DNA of 64,000 nucleotides from an uncultured Anaerolineaceae bacterium (GTDB lineage: Bacteria > Chloroflexota > Limnocylindria > Limnocylindrales > CSP1-4): NCBI GenBank assembly GCA_964483405.1, contig CAZABC010000002.1, positions 108,355 through 172,354 on the forward strand. The letters run 5' to 3'. Every line of letters starts with the position of its first letter. Within the stretch, counting starts at the first letter, position 1. A program made the position numbers and the translations under genes. Below the pieces are notes generated by a model. That model was not told the origin of the DNA. It made no database searches and was given only the letters and a program-made list of their open reading frames with translations. Shown here one piece after another: positions 39,204 to 48,809 of this stretch.

Positions 39204-40430
39204 GTGACCGGTCGGATCGCCCTCGGCCTCGCCGTCGCGGTCGCCGGCAGCCTGCTCGCTGCCCCGCTCGTCGTCGCCCTCGGTCTTGCCATCGCCCTGG
39301 TCGACGCGATCCGGCTGCCCTGGCGCCGGCGCGGCCTCGACGACGTCGAGTACAGCCGGCGGCTGTCGACCGATCGGGCGGTCGTCGGCGACGAGATCGC
39401 CCTCGACGTCAGCGTCTGGAACCGCAAGCGCCTGCCGCTCGCCTGGCTGCGAGCCGAGGACGCGGCGAGCGTCGGGCTCGAGGTGCGAGAGCGCGAGCTC
39501 ACCTCGGTCGAGGGCGTCGGGCGGGCACTGGTCAACGCCTGGACGCTCGCGCCGTACGAGCGCGTGGTCCGCCACTTCCACCTCGTCGCGGCCCGACGGG
39601 GCGTCCACCAGCTGGGACCCGTCCGGCTCGCCGTCGGCGACCTGCTCGCCGGACAGGCCGGCGAGGCCGCGCGACCGAGCGTCGACCGGATCGTCGTCCG
39701 GCCGCGGATCGTGCCGGTCGCCGGGCTGGAGCCGGCCGCCCGGTGGGGCGGCCTCGACCGGGCCAGGCGTGGCCTGCTCGAGCAGCCGCTCGCCTACGCG
39801 GGGGTCCGCGACTACCAGCCGGGCGACCCGCTCCGGCGGATCCACCAGCGGGCGTCGGCGCGGCTCGGCCGGCCCGTGGTCAAGCGGTTCGACCCGGCCC
39901 GGGAACGCGAGGTCCTCGTGGCCCTCGACATCCAGACGGTCGAGGGTCCGGCCTGGATGCCGGTCGCCGACGACGACCGGGTCGAGGAGCTGTGCGTCGT
40001 CGTCGCGTCCGTCGCCCGGCGCCTCCGGGCGGACGGCGCAGCCGTCGGGCTCGCGGTCGCGGGCTATGCGGGAACGGTCCGGCCGGTCGCGATCCTGCCG
40101 CCCGCGGCATCGGCCGGCCAGGTCCCCCGGATCCTCGACCTCCTGGCCCGGCTCGCCCCGTACCCGTCGGCGAGCTTCGACCGGCTCCTCGGGACGTTAC
40201 CGCGGGTGCTCGCGCCGGGCGCCGAGATCCTGCTCGTGTCGGCTCGCGACCCGGCCCCGTTCCTCGCTGCCGCCCGACGCCTCGGCGCGATGGGCTATGG
40301 CGTGACGCTGCTCGCGATCGGGCCGGGCGCCGACGGAGCCGCCGATCGGGCTCGGGCGGCCCGGATCGCGGCCCGGGTGGGCCGGCTGGACGGCACGTGG
40401 GCCGACGCCCGCGGCCTGGCGGTCGCGTGA
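39204..40430 (+). CDS. DUF58 (VWA-like) MoxR partner protein
   Basis: GVRDYQPGDPLRRIHQRASAR, VKRFDP; follows moxR. Confidence 0.88.
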   Translation: MTGRIALGLAVAVAGSLLAAPLVVALGLAIALVDAIRLPWRRRGLDDVEYSRRLSTDRAVVGDEIALDVSVWNRKRLPLAWLRAEDAASVGLEVRERELTSVEGVGRALVNAWTLAPYERVVRHFHLVAARRGVHQLGPVRLAVGDLLAGQAGEAARPSVDRIVVRPRIVPVAGLEPAARWGGLDRARRGLLEQPLAYAGVRDYQPGDPLRRIHQRASARLGRPVVKRFDPAREREVLVALDIQTVEGPAWMPVADDDRVEELCVVVASVARRLRADGAAVGLAVAGYAGTVRPVAILPPAASAGQVPRILDLLARLAPYPSASFDRLLGTLPRVLAPGAEILLVSARDPAPFLAAARRLGAMGYGVTLLAIGPGADGAADRARAARIAARVGRLDGTWADARGLAVA

Positions 40431-41800
40431 GCGCGGCGACGTCTCCGCCCGCGGTCGCCCGACCGGCCCGGACGGGGGCTGCCCTCGACTTCGCGCCATC
40501 GCTCCTCGTCGCGCTCGCGGAGGGTGCCTGGGTCGCCGCGATCTACGCGGTCGTGCAGGCGGCGGCGGGCGGGCCGGCACCGCTCGGGCCGGTCGCGATG
40601 GGCCTCGCGGCGCTCACCGGCATGCTCGTCGCCCGGCGCTGGGGCCCGGGGCTCGGCGACCGCTGGCCGACCGTCGCCCTCGCCGGCGTCATCGCCGCCG
40701 GGGCGATCGGCTGGCTCGTCGTCCCGGCGGTCCTCGGCGAGCTCCTCGCCCTCGACCCGGACGGGGCCGCCCGGGCGCACCCCGGTGGCTGGCTGGCCGG
40801 GCTCGCCTTCTTCCGCGGGACCGCCCACGCGCGGGCGGTCCGGTCCGACGAGGTCACCGCCACGCTCATCGAGGTCGGCCTGCCCGGCCTGATCCTGCCG
40901 GTCCTCGCCGCCGGGATGCTCCCGGAGCCGGAGCGCTCGGCCGCGCTCGGCGGCGTGACCGTGGCGGTCGTCGTCTTCCTCGTGGCGGGCACGCTCGCCC
41001 TCGCCGTCACCCGGATCGCCGCGGTCGGTCGCTCGGCCGGCTTCGACTGGCGGCGCAACCGGGCCTGGCTCGGCCTCGTCGCCCTCCTCGCCGTCGGGGT
41101 CGTCGTCGCGGCGCTGCCGGCGGCGGTCGTGGTCGGCCCGGCCGTCCGCGTCCTGATCGCGCTCTTCGCCCTGCCGGTCCTCGCCGTCGGGACGCTCGCG
41201 GGGCTCGGCCAGGTCCGGACCAGGACGCTCATCGGGCTGCTCGTGCTCGCCGTCGTCCTCGTCATCCTCGCGGCGCTCGCCGGTGGGCCTGGCCAGCTCG
41301 CCCCCGAGCCGGCCGAGCCCGGCGGCGTCGGCGGCGACGACGGCGAGTCGACGCTGGTCACGATCTCCGGCGGCGGGCTGCTCGTCGTCCTCGTCGTCGT
41401 CGGGATCCTCGTCCTGGCCCGGCTCTGGATGCGCGAGGCGCTCGGGCCGGTCGAGGGCGACGTCGGCGAGGAGCGGACGATCGACACGACCGCGCCGGTC
41501 CGCGTCGTCGCGGCGCCGGGGCGCCGTGGTCGACGCCGGACGGCCGAGCCGGTCGACGCCGCCGGGGCCTACCTCGCCCTCCTCGACGACCTCGAGCCCG
41601 ACGCCGACCGGCGCCGCCGAGACGGGGAGACCCCGGCCGAGCATGCCGGTCGGCTCCGTCGCGCCGGGCTCGGGGCATTGGGCATCGACCTGCTCGCCGC
41701 GGACTACGAGCTCGTGCGGTTCGCCGGCCGGCCGCTGCGACCGAGCGAGACGCGGCGGGCGCTCGACCGCTGGCGGCGGCTCCGGCGCGGCCGACGCTGA
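40427..41800 (+). CDS. Membrane protein with C-terminal DUF4129-like domain
   Basis: Many TMs, then RRDGETPAEH...YELVRFA; GTGA overlap with the DUF58 gene. Confidence 0.75.
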   Translation: MSAATSPPAVARPARTGAALDFAPSLLVALAEGAWVAAIYAVVQAAAGGPAPLGPVAMGLAALTGMLVARRWGPGLGDRWPTVALAGVIAAGAIGWLVVPAVLGELLALDPDGAARAHPGGWLAGLAFFRGTAHARAVRSDEVTATLIEVGLPGLILPVLAAGMLPEPERSAALGGVTVAVVVFLVAGTLALAVTRIAAVGRSAGFDWRRNRAWLGLVALLAVGVVVAALPAAVVVGPAVRVLIALFALPVLAVGTLAGLGQVRTRTLIGLLVLAVVLVILAALAGGPGQLAPEPAEPGGVGGDDGESTLVTISGGGLLVVLVVVGILVLARLWMREALGPVEGDVGEERTIDTTAPVRVVAAPGRRGRRRTAEPVDAAGAYLALLDDLEPDADRRRRDGETPAEHAGRLRRAGLGALGIDLLAADYELVRFAGRPLRPSETRRALDRWRRLRRGRR

Positions 41801-41803
41801 CCG

Positions 41804-43078
41804 ATGGACCGGCCACCCGCGGACCGCGGCTCGCGGCTGCGAGGGATGGTCGTCGACGTCGCGCCGCTCCGACACGACCGCGACTTCCGGCTGCTCTGGG
41901 TCGGCCAGCTCGTGAGCGGCGTCGGCCGCCAGGTGACGGTCGTCGCGCTGCCCTTCCAGCTGTACGTCCTGACCGGCTCGCCGCTCGCCGTCGGGCTGCT
42001 CGCGGTCGTCCAGCTCGTGCCGATCCTGCTCTTCGCGCTCGGCGGCGGCGCGCTCGCCGACGCGATCGACCGCCGCCGGCTGCTGCTGGCGACGCAGGGC
42101 GGCCTCGCCCTCGCCAGCCTCGCCCTCGTGGGCCTGGCGATCACCCCGGACGCTCCCATCGCCGGCTACTACGTCGTCGCGTTCCTCGCCGCCGGCATCG
42201 GCGCCGTCGACCAGCCCGCCCGGACGGCGTCGATCCCGCGGCTGGTCCCGCGCGAGCGGCTGCCCGCGGCCATCTCGCTCGGCCAGCTCGGCTTCAACGC
42301 GATGTCCGTCGCCGGGCCGGCGCTCGGCGGCGTCCTCATCGCCACCATCGGGGTGGCGGGGGCGTTCGCCTTCGACGCGGTGACCTTCCTCGCCGCCATC
42401 GTCGCGCTCCTCGGGATGGCGCCGTTGCCACCTCACCCGGGGGCCGCCCGGCCGAGCCTCACGACGATCCGCGAGGGGCTCCGGTTCGCCCGGCGGCGCC
42501 GGGTCGTCCTCTCCACGTTCGTCGTCGACCTCGTGGCGATGGTCTTCGGGATGCCGACGTCGCTCTTCCCCGCCCTCGCCCTCGACGTCTTCAAGGTCGG
42601 CCCGGTCGGGGTCGGGTTGCTGACCGCGGCGCCGGCAGCCGGCGCGCTCGTCGCGGTGCTCGCCAGCGGCTGGACCGGCCGGGTCCGGCGGCCGGGCCGG
42701 GCCGTCATCATCGCCGTCGCCGGCTGGGGTGCGGCGATCGTCGCCTTCGGCCTCGTGACCGAGGCGTTCGCCCTCGCCCTCGTGTTCCTCGCGATCGCCG
42801 GCGCCGCCGACGTGATCAGCGCCATCTTCCGGAGCGTGATCGTCCAGTTCGAGACGCCCGACGACCTCCGGGGGCGGGTCATGTCGATCCACGGGCTGGT
42901 CGTGACGAGCGGTCCACGGCTCGGCGACGCCGAGGCCGCGGTCGTCGCGGCGCTCGTCGGTCCGCAGCTGTCGGTGATCTCGGGGGGCGTGCTCTGCCTC
43001 ATCGGCCTGGCATGGGTCGTCCGCGCCTTCCCGGAGCTCGGCCGGTACGAGAGCCCGATCGCCCCGGGCACCGGCTGA
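41804..43078 (+). CDS. MFS transporter (EntS/MFS_3-like)
   Basis: RDFRLLWVGQLVS, ADAIDRRRLL, TPDDLRGRV. Confidence 0.88.
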   Translation: MDRPPADRGSRLRGMVVDVAPLRHDRDFRLLWVGQLVSGVGRQVTVVALPFQLYVLTGSPLAVGLLAVVQLVPILLFALGGGALADAIDRRRLLLATQGGLALASLALVGLAITPDAPIAGYYVVAFLAAGIGAVDQPARTASIPRLVPRERLPAAISLGQLGFNAMSVAGPALGGVLIATIGVAGAFAFDAVTFLAAIVALLGMAPLPPHPGAARPSLTTIREGLRFARRRRVVLSTFVVDLVAMVFGMPTSLFPALALDVFKVGPVGVGLLTAAPAAGALVAVLASGWTGRVRRPGRAVIIAVAGWGAAIVAFGLVTEAFALALVFLAIAGAADVISAIFRSVIVQFETPDDLRGRVMSIHGLVVTSGPRLGDAEAAVVAALVGPQLSVISGGVLCLIGLAWVVRAFPELGRYESPIAPGTG

Positions 43079-43118
43079 GGGCGTCGCGGAGCGACCGGCG
43101 CTCGGCTACCCTGCGGCG

Positions 43119-43271
43119 ATGGATCCGATCCTCGAGGCGGCCGTCTTCGGCCTGCCGCCGACCGTCATGGACGCCCGTGACGATCGGGGTCGGAGCGTCG
43201 CCGACGCGTTCGCCGCGCTCGACGCGCTGCCGGGCTCGGCGGCCTCGCTGCGGCGAGCCGCCGAGGCCTGA
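43119..43271 (+). CDS. Small hypothetical protein, 50 aa, probably leaderless
   Basis: MDPILEAAVFGLPPTVMDARDDRGRSVADAFAALDALPGSAASLRRAAEA. TACCCT -10 box 6 nt upstream of the ATG; GC3-rich codons; fills the gap between two genes. Confidence 0.55.
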   Translation: MDPILEAAVFGLPPTVMDARDDRGRSVADAFAALDALPGSAASLRRAAEA

Positions 43272-43298
43272 TCCGGGGGTTCGGGCCGGGCCGGGGGT

Positions 43299-44156
43299 CT
43301 ACGCCTCCTCGAGCTCGTCGGGCTCCTCGACGAACGCCTCGTCGCTCGTCTCCTCGGGCGGCAGGACGCGCTCGAGATCCTCGATCTCCTCGTCCTCCTC
43401 GTCGTCCTCGAGGTCGTCCTCGAGGTCCATCTCCTCGCGGACGAGGGTGCCCTTGGTGTACGGCCGCAGGTCGGTCGACTTGGCCGCGGTCGGGAAGCTG
43501 ACCTTGCCGTAGTTGCGCGGGTCCTGGAAGACCTCGCGGATGATGATCCGGACGTCCTCGCTGCCGAGCGAGGTCACCCCGGCGGCGTACTTGTTGCCGT
43601 CGGCGATGAGCTTGAGCAGCCGGGCGGCGACCCGCGGCTCGACGGCGCCGATCCGGACGCCGTTGCTGAACGCGATGAGGCGGTTGCGCTCGGGGGTCAG
43701 CTCGACATAGTCACCCGGGTTGACCTGGGCGAGCAGGGCCGGCGTGGCGAGGTCGACGAGGTGGGCGAAGCCGGTCTTGCCGGTCTCCTCGACGAAGATG
43801 CTGACCGGCGCCTTGCTGCCGGGGTTGGCCGGCACCGTCTTCTCGCCGGCCTCGACGAGGAGCATCCGGAGCCGGTCGATGTTCCGCTCGGCGATCCGGT
43901 TCGTCGGGTCGAGGGCGAGCGCGGTCTGGTAGTGCTCGCGGGCCGCCCCGAGCTCGCCGAGCTCCCAGAGGGCCTTGGCGAGTCGGTTCTCGGCCTCGGC
44001 GTCGGGTCCGAGCTCGAGGAGGCGGCGGTTGGTCTCGGCGGCGCCCGACCAGTCGGCGGCGCTCGCGGCCGCGATCGCCTGCTCGGCGAGCTGGCGCTTG
44101 AGGCGCACGGTGTTGGCGGGACCGGACGACTGGGGCTCGAGATCGGAGAAGGTCAA
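43299..44156 (-). CDS. TPR-containing protein with a possible HIRAN-like beta domain and a very acidic tail
   Basis: AENRLAKALWELG...ALALDPTNRIAERN (TPR); GDYVEL...IGAV...AARLLKLIADGNKYAAGV; D/E-rich C-terminus. TTG start after AAAGGA. Confidence 0.75.
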   Translation of the reverse strand: MTFSDLEPQSSGPANTVRLKRQLAEQAIAAASAADWSGAAETNRRLLELGPDAEAENRLAKALWELGELGAAREHYQTALALDPTNRIAERNIDRLRMLLVEAGEKTVPANPGSKAPVSIFVEETGKTGFAHLVDLATPALLAQVNPGDYVELTPERNRLIAFSNGVRIGAVEPRVAARLLKLIADGNKYAAGVTSLGSEDVRIIIREVFQDPRNYGKVSFPTAAKSTDLRPYTKGTLVREEMDLEDDLEDDEEDEEIEDLERVLPPEETSDEAFVEEPDELEEA

Positions 44157-44237
44157 GGGAGGGTGTCCTTTCGGCGCGACGATCGACCCGCCTGGCGGCG
44201 GCACGGCGGAGCCGGCGGCCGGGATGGGGGCCGAGTG

Positions 44238-44266
44238 GTTCTACCACCGACCCGCCGGCCTGTCAA
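44238..44266 (-). promoter_or_regulatory. Near-consensus sigma70-type promoter of the TPR gene
   Basis: TTGACA (44266-44261), 17-nt spacer ending in TGG, TAGAAC (44243-44238). Confidence 0.6.
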
Positions 44267-44282
44267 CGCGAGGGGTCGGCCG

Positions 44283-45548
44283 TCAGTGGACCTCGGGCTC
44301 CTGGAGCGGGAGGACCATCGCCGCGAGCGTGACCAGCAGGGCACCACCCGCGAGGATCCCGACGACGATGAGCCACTCGATGATCGTCGGCACGTACCAG
44401 TACGACGTCGCGAACGAGCCGACGGCTCCGCCGGTGTCGCCGACCGACACCCCCGGTGGGATCCCGACCGGCAGGTACGACAGGCCGTTGAGCAGCAGGT
44501 TCAGGCGGTGGACCCAGATCCCGACGATCACGATCCCGGCCGCCAGGGCGACCCAGCGCGGATCGGTCCGGAGACGGCGGACGACCAGGATCGCGAACGG
44601 GATGGCCAGCCCCACGAGCGCCTCGAACCAGAAGATCGGGGCGTACGGACCGACGAGGAGCCGATGGATGGCGTCCGCCTCTTCCGGCGCACCCGGGTAG
44701 GCCGCGGTGAGCATCTCGGCGAAGACGAAGAAGGCCTCGACCACGATGAACACCCCGAGCAGCCCACCGAGGAAGGCGACGAGGTCGTTCCCGAACCGGA
44801 CGACGCCGAACCTCCGGAAGGCGAGAGCCATGAGGATCACGAGCCCAAGACCCGAGACGAGCGCCGAGCTGATGAACATCGGGGCCATGATCGCCGAGTA
44901 CCAGAAGCCGCGGCTGATCTGCAGCCCGAAGATCCAGGCGGTGATCGAGTGGAGCAGGATCGCCGCCGGCAGGGCGACCCAGGCGAGCGCCCCGATGAGC
45001 CGCTGGTCACGGGCCGCCGCGCCGTCCGACGCCGACGTCCCGAAGGCGAGCCAGCTGCCGCGTCGGGCGAGGTCGGCCCGGGTGTAGAGCCAGACGTACG
45101 TCGCCGACATCCCCATGTAGATGAAGACGATCGCGATGTCCCAGATCATCGGCGAGGTCGGGTTCGGGTGCAGCAGGATGTTGAGGATGCGGTCCGGCCG
45201 TCCGAGGTCCGGGAGGATGAACGTCGCCGCGAGGATGATCGCGACGGTCGCCTCGAGGACCGCGACGCGGACGATCGGCTTGAAGATCGTCGCCCCGAAC
45301 AGCCGACCGGCCGACGCGACGATCAGGCCGCCGGCCGACAGGCCGACGAAGAACATGAAGAACAGGATGTACTGGCCCCACATGACGATGTTCGTCAGGC
45401 CGGTCACGACGAGGCCCTGCGAGAACTGGTAGAGCCAGGCCGCGACCCCGACGCCGATGGCGACGAGGAGGAGGAGCAGCCAGATCGCCAGGCCGCGGCG
45501 GATCGCGGGGCGTCGTGGGGTGGCTGCCGGGATGGCGCCAGCGCTCAT
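44283..45548 (-). CDS. NrfD/PsrC-type membrane anchor (quinol-interacting subunit)
   Basis: WGQYI..F.FFVGLSAGG, DLGRPDR, SPMIWD, ILLHSITAWIFG, WYSAIMAPMFISSAL; about 10 TMs. Confidence 0.9.
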   Translation of the reverse strand: MSAGAIPAATPRRPAIRRGLAIWLLLLLVAIGVGVAAWLYQFSQGLVVTGLTNIVMWGQYILFFMFFVGLSAGGLIVASAGRLFGATIFKPIVRVAVLEATVAIILAATFILPDLGRPDRILNILLHPNPTSPMIWDIAIVFIYMGMSATYVWLYTRADLARRGSWLAFGTSASDGAAARDQRLIGALAWVALPAAILLHSITAWIFGLQISRGFWYSAIMAPMFISSALVSGLGLVILMALAFRRFGVVRFGNDLVAFLGGLLGVFIVVEAFFVFAEMLTAAYPGAPEEADAIHRLLVGPYAPIFWFEALVGLAIPFAILVVRRLRTDPRWVALAAGIVIVGIWVHRLNLLLNGLSYLPVGIPPGVSVGDTGGAVGSFATSYWYVPTIIEWLIVVGILAGGALLVTLAAMVLPLQEPEVH

Positions 45549-46252
45549 AGCTCGTCCTTCCGCCGTGGGGGAAGGTAGGTCACCGATGGCCGGGTGCCGA
45601 GGGCCTCGAGGAGGACCTCGCCCTCTCGCTCGCGGATGAGGCGATTGACCCGGCTGTCCGGGTCGTTGAGATCGCCGAAGATCCGGGCCTGGGCCGGGCA
45701 GGACCAGACGCACGACGGGACCTGGCCCTCGGCGAGGCGGTGGACGCACATCGTGCACTTCTCGACCGTGCCGACCGGCCGGGCGGCGACCATCCCGAAC
45801 TCGATCGGGATCGGCTGGTCCTGCTGGCCCCAGTTGAAGGTCCTGACGCCGTAGGGGCAGGCGATCATGCAGTAGCGGCAGCCGATGCAGCGCTCGCTGT
45901 CCTGCATGACGATGCCGTCGTCGCGGTGATAGGTGGCCTGGACGGGGCAGACCTTGACGCACGGGGCGTTGCCGCAGTGCTGACAGGCCAGCGGCACCCA
46001 GTGCATCTCGGGCTCGCCGTGCTCGAGTCGTGGCGTGTCGAGCGCCTCGCCGTCGGTCAGGATCCGGTTCCACCAGTTCCCGATCGGGATCTGGTTCTCC
46101 GACTTGCAGATGACGGCGCACGACCAGCAGCCGATGCAGCGCTCGGTGTCGACGACCATGCCCCAGTGGGGTGCGTCAGTGTGGGGCTCGATCTCGCCCC
46201 AGGCCCGCGAGGCGGGCGGCAGGGCCTCGATCGGGGAGACCTTGTCAGGCAT
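45545..46252 (-). CDS. 4x[4Fe-4S] electron-transfer subunit (NrfC/PsrB/DmsB-type)
   Basis: CIGCWSCAVIC, CQHCGNAPCVKVCP, CIGCRYCMIACP, KCTMC...PSCVWSCP. Confidence 0.93.
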   Translation of the reverse strand: MPDKVSPIEALPPASRAWGEIEPHTDAPHWGMVVDTERCIGCWSCAVICKSENQIPIGNWWNRILTDGEALDTPRLEHGEPEMHWVPLACQHCGNAPCVKVCPVQATYHRDDGIVMQDSERCIGCRYCMIACPYGVRTFNWGQQDQPIPIEFGMVAARPVGTVEKCTMCVHRLAEGQVPSCVWSCPAQARIFGDLNDPDSRVNRLIREREGEVLLEALGTRPSVTYLPPRRKDEL

Positions 46253-48809
46253 CGGTCCCCTCCCCGGTCCGGCGGACCTCGACCCGGCAGTCCTTCCAGC
46301 CGGTCGACGGGCACCACATGTTCGGGACGTTGTGGATCTCGTGGATCGGGTTGACCGCCGACGAGGTCAGCTCGTTGACCCCCTTGCCCTTCCGGAACTG
46401 GCGCGGCCACCACCCTTCGTACAGGGTCGCGGCGCCCCGCCGGGCTCCCTCGGTGACGTGAGCCCAGCACTCGACCGTGCCCCGGGTGTTGAGGATCTCG
46501 ACGGTGTCGCCATCGGCGATCGACCGGGCGGCGGCGTCGTCGGGGTGGAGCTGGACGATCGGGCGCCCGCCGTGGATCTCCGCCAGCCAGGGGTTGTTCG
46601 CGTACGAGGAGTGGATCCGCCACTTCGAGTGCGGCGTCAGCAGGGTCAGCGGCCAGGTCGCGGGATCGTGGACCTCATCGTCCTTGGGCGGCAGGTAGGT
46701 CGGGACCGTCTCGCCGAGCTCGATGAAGCGGTCCTCCTCCTTGTAGAACTCGATGCGGCGGGTCGGGATGAACGCCGCCGTCGCCTCGAGTGGCGCCGGC
46801 AGCGAGCGTGGCGGGAACGGCTCGAGGCGCTCGATCTGGCCGAGGAACGGGATGTCCGGGTCGGGCACGTTGAGCCGGACCGGACCGGCCTTGAGCTGCT
46901 CGAGGGTGATCCCCTCGGTCGGTCCGCCGGGGCCGCCACCTGCCGCGAGGATCGCCTCGATCGCGGCCTCCTCGTCGAGGTCGAACCAGGCCGCGGCGGC
47001 CTCGGGGTCGATCCGGCGGACGAGCTCCTGCCACACCCAGAGCTCGGAGCGGGACTCGCCGACCGGGTCGATCGCTGGCTGCTGGAGCTGGAGGAACGGG
47101 TGGAGCGGCGTCGCCGTGAGGTCCCACTTCTCGTACCAGGTCGTCGCCGGCAGGACGATGTCGGCCCACTCGACGGTGTGGGTCCGCTGGTGATCGATGA
47201 CGACGATCAGGTCGAGCGCCGCCAGTGTCTCGTGGAAGTGGTTGACGTCCATCCCCTGGACGAACATGTTGGCGAAGGCGCAGACGAGGGCGTGCCAGCC
47301 GTTCTCCGGGTACGGAACGTCGGGATGCATCGTCGGCGTCCGACCGTGGGCGAAGTAGATGCTCGGGACGATCTTCGCCTTGATCTCGTGCTCGTTCCCG
47401 ACGTTGTACCAGGGCGCCGTGTTGACCCGGACCTTGTACTGGCCGACGTAGACCGAGAACCCTCCGCCGGACCGGCCGATGTTGCCGGTCAGGGCCGCCA
47501 GCAGGGCCAGCGCCCGGCCGGTCTGGTCACCGTGGAACCAGTGGTTCGAGCCACCGCCCATCAGGATTGCCGCGGGCTTGGTCGTCGCGTAGGCGCGGGC
47601 GATGGTCGTGATCCGGTCGGCGGGGATCTCGCAGACCTCGGCCGCCCGCTCCGGAGTCCAGCGCTCCACCTCGGCCCGGACCAGCGCGAAGCCTGGCGTG
47701 GCCGAGACCGTCGAGCCGTCCGTGAGCCGGAGGTCGTAGACGCCCGCGAGTGCCGATCGGACGCCCGGGCCGCCGAGCCGATCGGTCCCGACCTCGACGG
47801 GTCGACCGCGGACCTCGTCCCAGGCGACGAACGCCTCTGCGCCCGGGGTGGCCTGCGGCCCGACTCCCGCCAGCTCCGACCAGCGCAGTCGCCTGCCGGT
47901 GTCGAGGCTCACGAGCAGCGGGCCATCGGTGTAGGTCCGCATGAACGCCAGGTCGGCCAGGCCCTCGCCGAGGATGACGTTCGCCATCCCAAGCGCGAAC
48001 GCCGTATCGGTGCCGGGCCGGATCGCCAGCCAGGCGTCGGCCTTCGAGGCGGTCGGAGAGTAGTTCGGGTCGACGACGACGAGCTTCGCCCCCGCTTCGA
48101 TGGCGTCGAAGAGGAAGTGGACGTCGGGGATCCGGGTCTCGACCGGGTTGCTCCCGATCAGCAGGAGAAAGCGACTGTTCGCCCAGTCCTTCGCCTCGTG
48201 CTCTGCGTTCTGGACGCCGAAGGTGATCGGCATCCCCATCGGCAGGTCGCCGTTGAAGTCGAAGCTCGTGCCGTGGATCATCCCGAGGGTCGCGCAGGCC
48301 CGGTAGTTGGCGCCCTTCTGGATGTAGCCGGAGCCCGGGACCTGGTCGAAGACGTGGATCGAATCCCAGCCGTACGTTTCGCCGATCCGCTTCAACTCGG
48401 CCGCGATCGTGTCGAGGACCTCGTCCCAGCTGGCCTCCCGGAACTCGCCCGAACCACGAACCCCGGTCCGCACGAGCGGGGTCGTGATCCGATCCTCGCC
48501 GTAGATGTGGAGCTGGTAGCTGATCCCCTTCATGCACCCGCGGGGGTTGTATGCGCCGTCGGGATAGTCGGCGGCCTGCTGGACCTTGACGACCTTGCCG
48601 TCCCGGACGAAGGCGAGCTGGCCACAGCTGCCGGTGCAATTCGGCGAGCAGGTGGTCCGGACGACCTTGTCGACCGGCAGCGACGGCTCGATGTCGTAGT
48701 CTCGCCCGGCATGGACGGGCGGCGGGTCGAGGACCGGCAGCGATGCGCCGACCGCCGCGCCGGCGACGCCAGCCGCACCCTTGAGGAACGTCCGGCGATC
48801 AAGCGGCAT
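46245..48809 (-). CDS. Tat-exported Mo/W-bisPGD oxidoreductase catalytic subunit, DMSO reductase family, type II (Asp-ligand) like
   Basis: Tat signal MPLDRRTFLK; FS0 motif TCSPNCTGSC...NPRGCMKG; FNGDLP ligand region; GSNPVETRIPD; TPHSKWRIHS molybdopterin-dinucleotide domain. Confidence 0.9.
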   Translation of the reverse strand: MPLDRRTFLKGAAGVAGAAVGASLPVLDPPPVHAGRDYDIEPSLPVDKVVRTTCSPNCTGSCGQLAFVRDGKVVKVQQAADYPDGAYNPRGCMKGISYQLHIYGEDRITTPLVRTGVRGSGEFREASWDEVLDTIAAELKRIGETYGWDSIHVFDQVPGSGYIQKGANYRACATLGMIHGTSFDFNGDLPMGMPITFGVQNAEHEAKDWANSRFLLLIGSNPVETRIPDVHFLFDAIEAGAKLVVVDPNYSPTASKADAWLAIRPGTDTAFALGMANVILGEGLADLAFMRTYTDGPLLVSLDTGRRLRWSELAGVGPQATPGAEAFVAWDEVRGRPVEVGTDRLGGPGVRSALAGVYDLRLTDGSTVSATPGFALVRAEVERWTPERAAEVCEIPADRITTIARAYATTKPAAILMGGGSNHWFHGDQTGRALALLAALTGNIGRSGGGFSVYVGQYKVRVNTAPWYNVGNEHEIKAKIVPSIYFAHGRTPTMHPDVPYPENGWHALVCAFANMFVQGMDVNHFHETLAALDLIVVIDHQRTHTVEWADIVLPATTWYEKWDLTATPLHPFLQLQQPAIDPVGESRSELWVWQELVRRIDPEAAAAWFDLDEEAAIEAILAAGGGPGGPTEGITLEQLKAGPVRLNVPDPDIPFLGQIERLEPFPPRSLPAPLEATAAFIPTRRIEFYKEEDRFIELGETVPTYLPPKDDEVHDPATWPLTLLTPHSKWRIHSSYANNPWLAEIHGGRPIVQLHPDDAAARSIADGDTVEILNTRGTVECWAHVTEGARRGAATLYEGWWPRQFRKGKGVNELTSSAVNPIHEIHNVPNMWCPSTGWKDCRVEVRRTGEGTDA

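Noticed and set aside
38147-41800. MoxR-DUF58-DUF4129 operon as a novel system
   Set aside because: A widespread, well-known gene triad; nothing unusual seen here.
46245-48809. narG, nxrA or psrA assignment
   Set aside because: At 854 aa it is much shorter than NarG or NxrA, the FS0 motif differs, there is no narHJI, and the Asp-type ligand region does not fit PsrA.
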